This document shows, in pieces, positions 55,099-64,000 of a stretch of DNA of 64,000 bases (positions are counted from its first letter, which is position 1; every line of letters begins with the position of its first letter). The notes beneath the pieces were generated by a model. The model had not been told where the DNA came from. It was given only the letters and a program-made list of their open reading frames with translations, and did no database searches. Position numbers and translations under genes: made by a program. The DNA comes from an uncultured Rhizobiaceae bacterium (GTDB lineage: Bacteria; Pseudomonadota; Alphaproteobacteria; Rhizobiales; Aestuariivirgaceae), in contig CAZMSA010000001.1 of NCBI GenBank assembly GCA_964568825.1, forward strand, positions 1,945 to 65,944, read 5' to 3'.

Positions 55099-55929
55099 TC
55101 AGCGCTGATTGCGGTGGGCCACGCCGCTGTTCAGTAGAGCGATCAGCACACCGCCGGCGAAGATGAACGTGCTGAGCACAAACACCTGCGGCGGGATGCC
55201 GGTCTTGACGGCGCCGTATACCCACAACGGGAAGGTCAGCGTCTGGCCGGCGACGAAGCTGGTGATGATGAGATCGTCGATGGACAGCGCAAAGGCCAGC
55301 AGTCCTGCGCCTATGATCCCTGGCAGGATCAGCGGGAAGGTGACGGTCCAGAAGGCGACCCAGGGCGTGGCGCCCAGGTCGGCCGCGGCGCGATCGAGCG
55401 CCCGGTCCAGCACCGAAACACGCGCCCTGATCACCACCACCGCGAAGGCGATGTCGAAGGCGATATGGGCAATGAAGATCGTGAACAGCCCACGCGGCAG
55501 GTTGAGCGTGAGGAACAGCGATAGCAGCGAAGCTCCCACCACCACCGCCGGCGCGGCAATATCGGCGAAGATGACGACATCGGTCACCGCTTTGGCCTTG
55601 AAGCGATAGCGCGCCAGCGCCAGTGCCATGGGCGTGGCCAGTGTCACCGAGACCACCATGGCCACGGTCGCGACCAGGAGCGAATGCCACATCGCCACCG
55701 TCAGATCCTGGACCACGAAGGCGTTGTGATACCACCGGGTGGTGAAGCCGAGCCATTTCAGCGACACCCGACCGTTGGGCGAGTTGTTGAAGCTGAAGGC
55801 GATCATCACCGCGATCGGCACCAGGGTGTAGATCAGGAACAGCGCCGTGTAGACCCCCAGGAGCACCCAGGCGAGCCCGATGCGACGCAGGAAACTGGCA
55901 TGCGTTGTGATTTGGGCCGTAGCGCTCAT
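55099..55929 (-). CDS. ABC transporter permease (PotC/PotI-like)
   Basis: It has six TM helices and an EAA-loop region LDRAAADLGATPWVAFWTVTFPL. Confidence 0.85.
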   Translation of the reverse strand: MSATAQITTHASFLRRIGLAWVLLGVYTALFLIYTLVPIAVMIAFSFNNSPNGRVSLKWLGFTTRWYHNAFVVQDLTVAMWHSLLVATVAMVVSVTLATPMALALARYRFKAKAVTDVVIFADIAAPAVVVGASLLSLFLTLNLPRGLFTIFIAHIAFDIAFAVVVIRARVSVLDRALDRAAADLGATPWVAFWTVTFPLILPGIIGAGLLAFALSIDDLIITSFVAGQTLTFPLWVYGAVKTGIPPQVFVLSTFIFAGGVLIALLNSGVAHRNQR

Positions 55930-56807
55930 GCGGCGTAATCCTGAATGGACTCGGTGCCGAACACCCGGGCGTAGAAGTAGATGGCGATGATCAGGAGGAA
56001 CATCAGGATCGACGACAGCGTCGCTGCCATCGGGTAGTCCTGAGCGTTGAAGAAATTGTACTGGATGATGTTGCCGATCATGCTCGTGCCGGGTCCGCCC
56101 AGCACCGCGGCATTGACGAAATCGCCGACATTGGTGACGAAGACCAGCAGGAAGCCGGCGAAGATGCCCGGCGCCGACAAGGGCAGCACCACGCGCCAGA
56201 AAGCCGAGGCCGGTGAGGCGTAGAGGTCACCTGCCGCGCGCACCACCCTGCGATCGATCTTTTCCAGCGCCACATAGAGCGGCAGCACATAATAGGCCAC
56301 GCTGTTGTAGACCAGTCCACCGATGACCGCCGTCGAGGTCGACAGCAGGTAGGTGGATTGCGGCAACAGCCCCCAGGATTTCAGGGTGCCAAGGATGAGC
56401 CCCTGGTCGGACAACAGGAACTGCCAGGCCAGCGTGCGAATGACGAAGCTGACGAAAAACGGCAGCAGGATGAGGAACAGAATGCTGCCCTTGTGGCGCC
56501 CGCCGTGGAAGGCGATCCAGTAGGCCACGGGATAAGTGAGGACAAGGGTCAGAAAAGTGGCAAGCCCCCCGTACCAGAACGAACGCACGATCTGCAGCCA
56601 GTACTGGTCCACCGCCTTGGCGAATTCGACGAAATGCCAGGTGACGGCATAGCCCACCAGCGGGTTGCCGGTGGCCAGCGACATCGACAGCATGGCCACC
56701 AGCGGCACCACGAAGAATACAGCCAGATAGAGCCAGCTGGGCAGGCTGAGCAGGTAGGGCATTGCCGCCCCCCTGCGCAGCCGCCAGGCTCGCGTGGTTG
56801 TGGTCAT
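55926..56807 (-). CDS. ABC transporter permease (PotB/PotH-like)
   Basis: It has six TM helices and the EAA loop VRAAGDLYASPASAFWRVVLPL. A 4-nt overlap joins it to the next gene. Confidence 0.85.
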   Translation of the reverse strand: MTTTTRAWRLRRGAAMPYLLSLPSWLYLAVFFVVPLVAMLSMSLATGNPLVGYAVTWHFVEFAKAVDQYWLQIVRSFWYGGLATFLTLVLTYPVAYWIAFHGGRHKGSILFLILLPFFVSFVIRTLAWQFLLSDQGLILGTLKSWGLLPQSTYLLSTSTAVIGGLVYNSVAYYVLPLYVALEKIDRRVVRAAGDLYASPASAFWRVVLPLSAPGIFAGFLLVFVTNVGDFVNAAVLGGPGTSMIGNIIQYNFFNAQDYPMAATLSSILMFLLIIAIYFYARVFGTESIQDYAA

Positions 56808-58060
56808 GCCTGCGTGATCGGACTAAACGTGTCGCTCCATTTCTTGTTCTGATCATAGGAGCTGAACACGTAAAAATCGTTCGCCTTGGCGTACATTTCC
56901 TTGGTCGGGAACACCAGCGGGCTGTTGGCCACGTCCGGGTCTTTCAGTTGCTTGAGGATGTAGTCCTGGGCAGATGGCACCGGGCAAATGTAATTGTCAT
57001 AGTCCTCAATCAACCCGGCCATTTCGGGTGTGTAGTAGTAGTTCATCCAGGTCAGCGCGCTCAAGGGGTTGGCCGCGCCCTTGGGTATCATCATGTTGTC
57101 GTGCCACAACATTGCGCCTTCCTTCGGCACCACGAACTTCAAGTCCGTGAAGCCCTTGGCATGCGCCTGGAAGATGTCGCCGGACCAGGCCTGGCTGATC
57201 CAGGTGTCGCCGTTTTCCAGCGCCTTGATGTAGCCCTGGTCGTAGTACTGGCGCACGATGCCCTTGTTCTTCTGGTCTTCGAGGATGGCGGCGGCCTTCG
57301 CCCAGTCGTCGGGTGTCGAATGAACGGGCTTGATGCCGAGCTTCAAAAGCGCGGCGCTGCCCAGCTCGGTCAGATCACTCATCATGCCGACGTGGCCGGC
57401 GAACTTCGGATCCCACAGGTCATCGAACGAGGTAATCTCTCGGCCGGTCATTTTCGGATTGTAGGCGATACCCGTCAGGCCCGACTGCCAGGTGACGGTG
57501 TACTTGTTGCCCGGGTCATAGGCGGGGTTGATCACGCTGGGGCTGGCGTTCTTGAAGAAGTTCGGAAGTTTCTCCTGCCACAGCTGGGTGAGGAAATCCT
57601 GCATCATCAGCTCGGTGAGCTGCCAGCCGTTGGTGATGACGATGATGTCGTTGCCGATCGACTGCCCGGCCTTCAGGACCGGCGCGATCTTGGCGTAGAA
57701 GGCCGCGTTGTCCTGGATGACTTCCAGGTACTTGATATCGATGCCTGTGTCCTTTGTGAACTGCTCGAGCGAAGCATGTTTGCCCGTCTTGTCGTCGGTA
57801 TCGATGTAGTAGGGCCAGTTCGCGAAGACCAGTTCCTTGGTCGGCTTCTGCTTGTCCCAATAGGCCTGCCACTTGGGGTCCAGCTTGGCAGGCATGGCAC
57901 TCGCGGCAAACGCCGCCGGCGGCAACGCCATCGCTCCCAGCCCCAGGGCACCCGCCTCCAGAAACCCGCGGCGCGACAGCCGCGCTTGTGTCAGCCCTCG
58001 CAGCAGTGCCGGATCGTCCAGGCGCCAGCCACTCTTCGATTTGTTTTGATCACTCATCAT
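56804..58060 (-). CDS. polyamine-type ABC substrate-binding protein with a Tat-like signal
   Basis: ATG 58060 follows AAGGGAG. The twin-Arg signal is SRRGFLEAGALGLGAMA, and the body is of PotD/PotF-family type. Confidence 0.8.
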   Translation of the reverse strand: MMSDQNKSKSGWRLDDPALLRGLTQARLSRRGFLEAGALGLGAMALPPAAFAASAMPAKLDPKWQAYWDKQKPTKELVFANWPYYIDTDDKTGKHASLEQFTKDTGIDIKYLEVIQDNAAFYAKIAPVLKAGQSIGNDIIVITNGWQLTELMMQDFLTQLWQEKLPNFFKNASPSVINPAYDPGNKYTVTWQSGLTGIAYNPKMTGREITSFDDLWDPKFAGHVGMMSDLTELGSAALLKLGIKPVHSTPDDWAKAAAILEDQKNKGIVRQYYDQGYIKALENGDTWISQAWSGDIFQAHAKGFTDLKFVVPKEGAMLWHDNMMIPKGAANPLSALTWMNYYYTPEMAGLIEDYDNYICPVPSAQDYILKQLKDPDVANSPLVFPTKEMYAKANDFYVFSSYDQNKKWSDTFSPITQA

Positions 58061-59225
58061 TCGCACTCCCTTGTTGCTCAACTGTTGACGGTGTCACGAT
58101 GAAAGTATGTTCGGGACGCCAGGCGATGCGGACCGCATCGCCGCGCGAAGCCGCGCCACTCACATCGCGGTTCTGCACATAGGCGCTGAAATCCCGGCCC
58201 TGGGCGTCCCTGATCGTGTATTGATGCCCGATACCGGTGTAGACGCTGAGGTTGATGACGCCCTCCAGGCTGTTCCACTCCTTTTCGACGGGCTCGCCGG
58301 CCGGCAGCACCACGAGCTTTTCGGGCCGCACACCGATCTTGACGAGGGACCCATGCCCGTCGAGCCGTTCGCTGCGGATGTGCAGCATATGGCCTCCATC
58401 GAGCCTTATCGATGACAGCTCGCCGTGGCGTGCCGCCACCTCGCCGGACATCAGGTTGGAGGCTCCCAGGAAGCCAGCTACGAACTCGGTGGCCGGATTG
58501 TCGTAAACCTCGTTGGGCGGGCCTACCTGCTCGATCTGCCCACGTGACATCACCGCGAGGCGGTCGGACATCACGATGGCTTCTTCCTGATCGTGCGTGA
58601 CGTAAAGGAAAGTGATGCCCACTTCGGACTGGATGCGCTTCAATTCGATCTGCATCTGCTTGCGCAGTTTGAGATCGAGGGCTCCCAAAGGCTCGTCCAG
58701 CAACAACAGTTTGGGCCGGTTGACCAGCGCGCGGGCCAGGGCGACGCGCTGCTGCTGGCCGCCCGACAGGTTTGCGGGCTTGCGCTGTTCGTATCCCGCC
58801 AGGTCAACCAGGTTCAGTATTTCGCGCACCCGCTGGTCGACCTCACCCTGCGCCACGCGCTTGCGCCGCAACCCGAAGGCAACGTTGTCGTAAACGTTCA
58901 GGTGCGGAAACAGCGCATAGGATTGGAACACGGTGTTCACGTCGCGCCGGTAGGGCGGTAGGTGGCTGACGTCCACGCCACCCAGATAAATGGCGCCGGA
59001 GGTCGGTTCCTCGAAGCCTCCGACCATCGAGAGCGTCGTGGTCTTGCCGCAACCAGAAGAGCCGAGCAGGCTGAAAAACTCACCGCTCTCAATGGTTAGC
59101 GACACGCCATTCACTGCGACAACGTCACCGAACATCTTGGTGACGCCCTCAAGACGCACGTCCCATCGCTCGCCCTTGGAGGCCCACGCGGTTTGAACTT
59201 GTGCCAACGCCATCCCCTTAGCCAT
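58050..59225 (-). CDS. ABC transporter ATP-binding protein (PotA-like)
   Basis: It has Walker [10 protein letters not shown], the signature [15 protein letters not shown], Walker [13 protein letters not shown] and a C-terminal TOBE-like domain. Confidence 0.9.
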   Translation of the reverse strand: MAKGMALAQVQTAWASKGERWDVRLEGVTKMFGDVVAVNGVSLTIESGEFFSLLGSSGCGKTTTLSMVGGFEEPTSGAIYLGGVDVSHLPPYRRDVNTVFQSYALFPHLNVYDNVAFGLRRKRVAQGEVDQRVREILNLVDLAGYEQRKPANLSGGQQQRVALARALVNRPKLLLLDEPLGALDLKLRKQMQIELKRIQSEVGITFLYVTHDQEEAIVMSDRLAVMSRGQIEQVGPPNEVYDNPATEFVAGFLGASNLMSGEVAARHGELSSIRLDGGHMLHIRSERLDGHGSLVKIGVRPEKLVVLPAGEPVEKEWNSLEGVINLSVYTGIGHQYTIRDAQGRDFSAYVQNRDVSGAASRGDAVRIAWRPEHTFIVTPSTVEQQGSANDE

Positions 59226-59638
59226 CGGTGCCTTGAACCGCGCACTCGTTACTTGCGCCGTGGCACCGGACCACGTTCGATCCAACTGGCAATTCAATTC
59301 TTGCCCAGCTTAAGCCAACATACGACCAGTTGGACCCTGCGTCAGTTCGTCGCCGCTGGTCATTTCTCGCACCGAGCGCGGTCTTCCTGCCAATTCCAGG
59401 CCGGATACTTCACCACGGCTCCACACTGTCATGCGGTCGTCTGATCGCCTGGTTTGGGGGTCCTGGAGCGCCGAAGAAAAGGTTCTGGACCTGCACGAAG
59501 TGCCCGTGCCCGTCACCCGGCGTGAATCCGGCAACGCCCGAAGGCGTGGGTTGCGTGATCGACGTCACCGGTGACACAGCCCGGCCCATCCGCACGTGGC
59601 CCTTCGCTACAGCGGAATCGAGGGCTTCCCGGGTGCTG

Positions 59639-61741
59639 TCACCAAAGCAGCTCTGCAATCATCCTTGCAGCCGTTGAAGCGCCACCGGCGGCGACGGGCT
59701 TGGCGATCCGGGGCGAACCCAATTCGGCAAGCATCGCTTCGGCAATGCGTTCCGGGCTTGCTTCGGCATAGATCATCTTCCTGCCCGCGTTGTACCGATC
59801 GAGCCTCCTTGCCACATGAAAATTCTGCTCGAAATGGTTGCGCAGCGGGAAATAGAGAAATGGCGTTCCCGCTGCTGCAAGCTCCATGCATGTGGTCAGC
59901 CCGCCTTGTACCAGCGCCAGATCGCAGGCCGCCAGATGCCGGTCGAGATTGGGGACAAAGGCGCGCATCTCGACACCCTCGGGCACCTCGAACATTTGCG
60001 GGTCGAGACGCGGCCCGGTAACCACGATCATGCGCAAGTGAGGAATGCGGGCCTTGGCGAACGGATAGGCCGCGAGGATCCGGCGGATCAAGGTTGCACC
60101 GACCCCCGAGCCGCCAACGGCGACGATGCACACCTTGCGGCCGTCGGCATAGCCGAACTCTTCGCGCAGATCCTCGCGTGAACCGAACTCTGAAGGGTGC
60201 TGGCCGATGATGTAGTCGGAAAAATCGAAGTGCTTCGGTATCCAGTCCCGCATCTGGGGCAAACCGTCTCCGAACGACAGATCGATGACGTCATCGCGAG
60301 TGCCGACGAAGATCGCCCGGTCTCTCAGTTCCGGATGCCCCTCCACGTGGCCGATCATCTCCGCGTTGTAGTCGGTTGTCAGAAAAGCCTCACGCGACCC
60401 GTTCTCTGCGAAAGGCACCCAGCCCACGAAGTCGGTAAACCAGGCAATCGGCGCCCGCTTGAGATCGGGATACTCGTGCCAGTAGTGATCGACGTCCCAG
60501 GCCTCGTCTGCAATCACCAGGTCATAGGGCTCCTCTTCCAGAATTTCCTGAAACGCCATGAAGTTCTTGATCAGGATCTCGTCCATCGAGCGGATCGCCT
60601 GGAACGCATGCAGGTCATGTTCGCCTGCTTCTTCCTCGATGTGCGAGGACTCGTTTGCCAGCAACCGGCTCGCCGGATGGATGCGCTCGTCATTGGCGTT
60701 TAGAAACCGTGTCACCGGGTCCTGCGCCAGCCAGTCGACTTGCAGGTCCGGATGCAGCTTGCGCAGTTCGCGCGTCACGGCGAGATCGCGCCGGGCGTGT
60801 CCCAGCCCGATCGGCGACGACAGATAGAGCGCCCGCTTGGCCCGGCTGGTGCGTGGCTTGCGGGTCGGCTTCCACGTCCCCAGGCGGCGGGCCAAGAAGT
60901 CCCGCATCAGCGTATTGACCCTGGCCGGGAAGCGCCCCTGCGGGTTGTGCCCGGCTCCCGGGATGATCACCAGTTCTGCATGCGGCGCCATCCTGGCAAA
61001 GCCCTCTGAAGTGGAAACCGGCGCAATCGCGTCATTCTCGCCGTGAATCAGAAGGACGGGGCAGCGGATACTGCGGTACATGTCTTCCGTCAGCACGATG
61101 TCGTCATCGTAGGTCTCCATGGTCGCAATCAGGGTCTGCGGGTCGCAGGTCAGTGACCAGTTGGTCACGTCCTCAATCTGCTTGGTCGAATGTGGCTCGT
61201 TGAAGACCTGGCCGCTGAACCACTCGACGAAATCGGGATAATCCTTGAGCCAATACTCCTTATTGTATTTCTGCCAACCCTCGTGGGTGTCATAGCTTTT
61301 CGTGTAGTGGTCGTAGTTCTTGTATTCATAAGGTTCGCCGAAAATGGTGTTCGAGCCGTATGAGATGATCGCTTCCACCCGTTCCGGGTGAAGAGCCGCC
61401 ATCGCGGCCACCACCAGCCCGCTCATGGACAGGCCGATCAGGGTTGTCTTGTCGGTCCCGGTCTCGTCCATGACCGGAAGCCCATCCTCGACGTAGTCAC
61501 GCAACCGAAAGCCTTGTGGATCCTTGGGCGTGCCGGAAAGGCCATTGCCGCGCGGATCGAATGTGATGCAGCGAAAGCGCTCGCTGAAATAGGGGATCTG
61601 CGCCTTGTGAACCCTCGAATGGAACATCGACCATGTGGGCAGAAACAGGATGGTGTGATCCCCGTTGCCATAGATCTCGTAATGCAGCGTGACATCGCCG
61701 CGATCGACCGTTCCTGTCGTGTGCGGAAGCTTAGCGCGCAT
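59639..61741 (-). CDS. fusion protein: N-terminal alpha/beta hydrolase plus C-terminal GT-B glycosyltransferase (MGT/GT28-like)
   Basis: The hydrolase part has HYEIYGNG, the nucleophile elbow GLSMSG and a late His in PGAGHNP. The GT-B part has LYLSSPIGLGHARRD and DLALVQGGLTTCMELAAAGTPFLYFP. The start is at MRAKLPH (61741). Confidence 0.7.
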   Translation of the reverse strand: MRAKLPHTTGTVDRGDVTLHYEIYGNGDHTILFLPTWSMFHSRVHKAQIPYFSERFRCITFDPRGNGLSGTPKDPQGFRLRDYVEDGLPVMDETGTDKTTLIGLSMSGLVVAAMAALHPERVEAIISYGSNTIFGEPYEYKNYDHYTKSYDTHEGWQKYNKEYWLKDYPDFVEWFSGQVFNEPHSTKQIEDVTNWSLTCDPQTLIATMETYDDDIVLTEDMYRSIRCPVLLIHGENDAIAPVSTSEGFARMAPHAELVIIPGAGHNPQGRFPARVNTLMRDFLARRLGTWKPTRKPRTSRAKRALYLSSPIGLGHARRDLAVTRELRKLHPDLQVDWLAQDPVTRFLNANDERIHPASRLLANESSHIEEEAGEHDLHAFQAIRSMDEILIKNFMAFQEILEEEPYDLVIADEAWDVDHYWHEYPDLKRAPIAWFTDFVGWVPFAENGSREAFLTTDYNAEMIGHVEGHPELRDRAIFVGTRDDVIDLSFGDGLPQMRDWIPKHFDFSDYIIGQHPSEFGSREDLREEFGYADGRKVCIVAVGGSGVGATLIRRILAAYPFAKARIPHLRMIVVTGPRLDPQMFEVPEGVEMRAFVPNLDRHLAACDLALVQGGLTTCMELAAAGTPFLYFPLRNHFEQNFHVARRLDRYNAGRKMIYAEASPERIAEAMLAELGSPRIAKPVAAGGASTAARMIAELLW

Positions 61742-62360
61742 GAGCCTCTCCTGTGTCTTGCATCTCGAGCAGCCGGATGAGATCGCCGATGCGACGCAAC
61801 GCCGAGCGGATCGGCCATTTGTCTTCACCGATGCCCAGAAGGATCTGCGCCTCGGCGCCGATGAAGGCCGCAGAGACGAGCGCGGCGATCTCCTTTGCCC
61901 CAAAGCCTCCCAACGGGCCGTGGCGTTCCAGTGTCCGCGCCGCCACGGACTCCAGAATATCGTTCCAGCCCTTCACGCTGGTGATCATCTTCTGGCGGAT
62001 TGCATCGTCGGCCCATCCGGCTGCAACCAGCTCCTGAAACACGCGGACATAACCGCTTTCGATGTCCTCTTCGAGGTAGTCGCAAGCCGCATCCCACTGG
62101 TCCGACAGTCTCAGTACTTCCGAGGCGTACATGGCCGATTGGCGTTTCAGCAGATCCCGGTTCATGTCCTCGAAGAGGGCAAGGAAGAGCCCATGCTTGG
62201 AACCGAAGTGGTACTGGATCTGGCTCATCTGGGTACCGGCGGCTTCGGCGACCCGGCGGGTGGAAAGGCCGGCAAACCCGTGCATGGTCAGAACCCGTCG
62301 GGCCGCATCCAGCAGTTCCCGCCTGGTTTGCGCTACCCGCTCTGATGTGACACGCGCCAT
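61731..62360 (-). CDS. TetR-family transcriptional regulator
   Basis: The HTH reads LLDAARRVLTMHGFAGLSTRRVAEAAGTQMSQIQYHFGSK. ATG 62360 follows AAGGAGG, and the 3' end overlaps the fusion gene by 11 nt. Confidence 0.9.
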   Translation of the reverse strand: MARVTSERVAQTRRELLDAARRVLTMHGFAGLSTRRVAEAAGTQMSQIQYHFGSKHGLFLALFEDMNRDLLKRQSAMYASEVLRLSDQWDAACDYLEEDIESGYVRVFQELVAAGWADDAIRQKMITSVKGWNDILESVAARTLERHGPLGGFGAKEIAALVSAAFIGAEAQILLGIGEDKWPIRSALRRIGDLIRLLEMQDTGEAHAR

Positions 62361-62377
62361 GCGCCCCTCCTTTGCCA

Positions 62378-62389
62378 ATTTAATTAAAT
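62378..62389. promoter_or_regulatory. perfect 12-bp AT palindrome ATTTAATTAAAT (candidate TetR operator or promoter element)
   Basis: Read directly. It lies 18 nt upstream of the TetR ATG and is a conspicuous AT island in GC-rich DNA. Confidence 0.45.
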
Positions 62390-62567
62390 CGTTCGACCGA
62401 ATTAGTCAACAATCATCCGGAGACGGATCAAGGGCGACGTCGTGCGGGAGCGTTGTCACCGCTGCGCGCCAGTGTGCTCCACCCGCAAACGCGTCTCACT
62501 CTTGACTGCGTGTTGTCAGGCGCGCAGGCTTAGCCGTTATTTCCAAGGTCAGCCAAGGAGCGATGAA

Positions 62568-63026
62568 ATGTACCAGGTACAGAGGCGTACGTTCCATGCA
62601 TTTGTGGTGCTCGCTGCGGCGTCGTTGCTGCTGGGGGGCGGTTCGGCCGCGATGGCCGCCGCGAAAAGCAATCTCGTCTTTAGCGGGGACGCTTCGTTTA
62701 ACGGTGCGCATGGCGGGCAGGCCATTGCCGTGGCCGTCGTGCGTGTGAAGGACGGCAAAGTCGTGGCCAAGAAGTCCGGGACCGTGTCGAAAACGGCAAA
62801 CCCGTCGTTTTCCTTCACGTTCAACGGCGTGCTGGAGAATGGCAAGGCCTACGACGTGGATTACTGGATCGACTCCAACTTCGGCGGTGGCACCAAGGGT
62901 GTCTGCGATTCCAAAAACCACGATCACCAGTGGCGCGTGTCACTCGGCACTGTAAGCGGCAACGTCACGCACACGGAAAAACACAGGCCCGCCCAAACCG
63001 CGGATGTCTGCAACGCGTTCAAGTAG
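62568..63026 (+). CDS. small exported hypothetical protein
   Basis: ATG 62568 follows AAGGAG. It has a signal peptide VVLAAASLLLGGGSAAMA and a beta-rich mature part with two Cys. I recognise no family. Confidence 0.55.
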   Translation: MYQVQRRTFHAFVVLAAASLLLGGGSAAMAAAKSNLVFSGDASFNGAHGGQAIAVAVVRVKDGKVVAKKSGTVSKTANPSFSFTFNGVLENGKAYDVDYWIDSNFGGGTKGVCDSKNHDHQWRVSLGTVSGNVTHTEKHRPAQTADVCNAFK

Positions 63027-63232
63027 CCTTCGCGCTGCCAATGAGACCATTTCCGGCGCGGACCGTGGCGCATCGCGGTGTCATTGCACGCTGTCCCTGA
63101 TCGCCCCGTCGATACCGGACAGGCGCGAGGCATTGGGCGCTGGCCAAATCGTTCCCTCGACGCCAAGCGCTGGATTTGCCACACTGGGATCGTTTCCCAC
63201 TTACCCTGTCCGACTGAAACCAGGAGGAAATA

Positions 63233-63667
63233 ATGGCTGAACACAACGGAGGATGCGAGCACATCCACACTCATTCCAGCGCCGAGCCGATCGACAATCA
63301 CATGTGCCACTGCAATGTCTGCAAGACCGTGACCGGCCAGCAGATGACGCATGTTGCATTCTTCAACTGGGCCGATCTCGAGGTCGACCATCCGGAGCTT
63401 TTGAACCGCCAGCCGTTCAACAAGGACAATCCGAGCGGAGCACTGGAACTGTGCACCTGCCGCGTCTGCGGCACACCGATCATGCTGGACGACAAGCAAA
63501 GGCGGATCCGCGTCGCGGTGCCGAACCTGATGGGCTATGAGGCATCCTTCCCCGACGCTGGCTATCACGCGTTCTACGACGATACGCGCGGTTACCCCAA
63601 GCCCGATGACGGGCGGCCGGTCTACGAAGGCTTCCGGCCGGAGTTCAAGATGCCGCAGCCAGCCTGA
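63233..63667 (+). CDS. GFA/CENP-V-like zinc protein (divergent)
   Basis: ATG follows AGGAGG. The Cys motifs are CHCNVCK and CTCRVCGTP. Confidence 0.6.
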   Translation: MAEHNGGCEHIHTHSSAEPIDNHMCHCNVCKTVTGQQMTHVAFFNWADLEVDHPELLNRQPFNKDNPSGALELCTCRVCGTPIMLDDKQRRIRVAVPNLMGYEASFPDAGYHAFYDDTRGYPKPDDGRPVYEGFRPEFKMPQPA

Positions 63668-64000
63668 GTGCTGCTGTCCCGCGATTGGCACAGCGATGCT
63701 CAAGAGCCTGGCGTCAAGCAAGTAGAACTGGACCCGCAAGGTCTGCTGCCTGGCACTGCCCCGGCCGAATGCCGCAGGCAGGGTTGCAGATCGACCGGCA
63801 CGTTTCAGGCCAGGGCGCGTTGACATGGTGAGGGAGACATATCGGGCGTGATGCGGCCATTCAGACTGGAGAGCCCGCCCCGCCCGGCAGGCCGTCACCG
63901 TTACGCACAAACTCTAGAGCGTCCGCCAATCAGATAGGACCATTTGACCGCATTTTCTGGTTTGCCGGCTAGGAGGTAGATTGGGCAGCCAGTATAGACA

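Overview
This is a GC-rich chromosomal segment that looks alphaproteobacterial (Hyphomicrobiales/Rhizobiales-like), with about 60 protein-coding genes. I saw no rRNA, tRNA, CRISPR array or complete mobile element. Most of it is ordinary housekeeping and accessory metabolism: the alaS 3' end, an MloK1-like cNMP-gated K+ channel, Hsp20, PPK2, Ppx-RlmE, an RND efflux pair, znuA/znuCB-zur with Zur boxes, two class III nucleotide cyclases, CcdA, a DUF1007/NicO metal transporter, a D-aminoacylase, a polyamine-type ABC importer, a TMADH-like flavoprotein and three GFA-family paralogues.

The best candidate for an undescribed system is a four-gene minus-strand operon at 14877-21304 in which every product carries a signal peptide:
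- a caspase-like protease (Peptidase_C14) with an intact His/Cys dyad;
- a paralogue in which both catalytic residues are replaced (His to Asn, Cys to Gly);
- a 780-aa protein with two CxxCH haem c motifs;
- an OmpA-type peptidoglycan anchor.

The first three proteins share a C-terminal DUF4384-like module, and both caspase paralogues carry a canonical EF-hand loop. The operon is preceded by a leader hairpin that sequesters its Shine-Dalgarno sequence and is closed by a rho-independent terminator.

Other items worth a second look:
- an FNR/FixK-box-preceded operon of three small unassignable membrane proteins;
- a UGT-like glycosyltransferase, cupin and SULT-like sulfotransferase operon;
- an alpha/beta-hydrolase::glycosyltransferase fusion under a TetR regulator;
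- a roughly 105-bp structured intergenic repeat present twice in inverted orientation;
- two decayed genes, a frameshifted DsrE-like gene and an internally deleted MFS gene.

All calls rest on reading the supplied ORF translations and the DNA by eye. No database search was run, so family assignments are motif-based and start codons are approximate.
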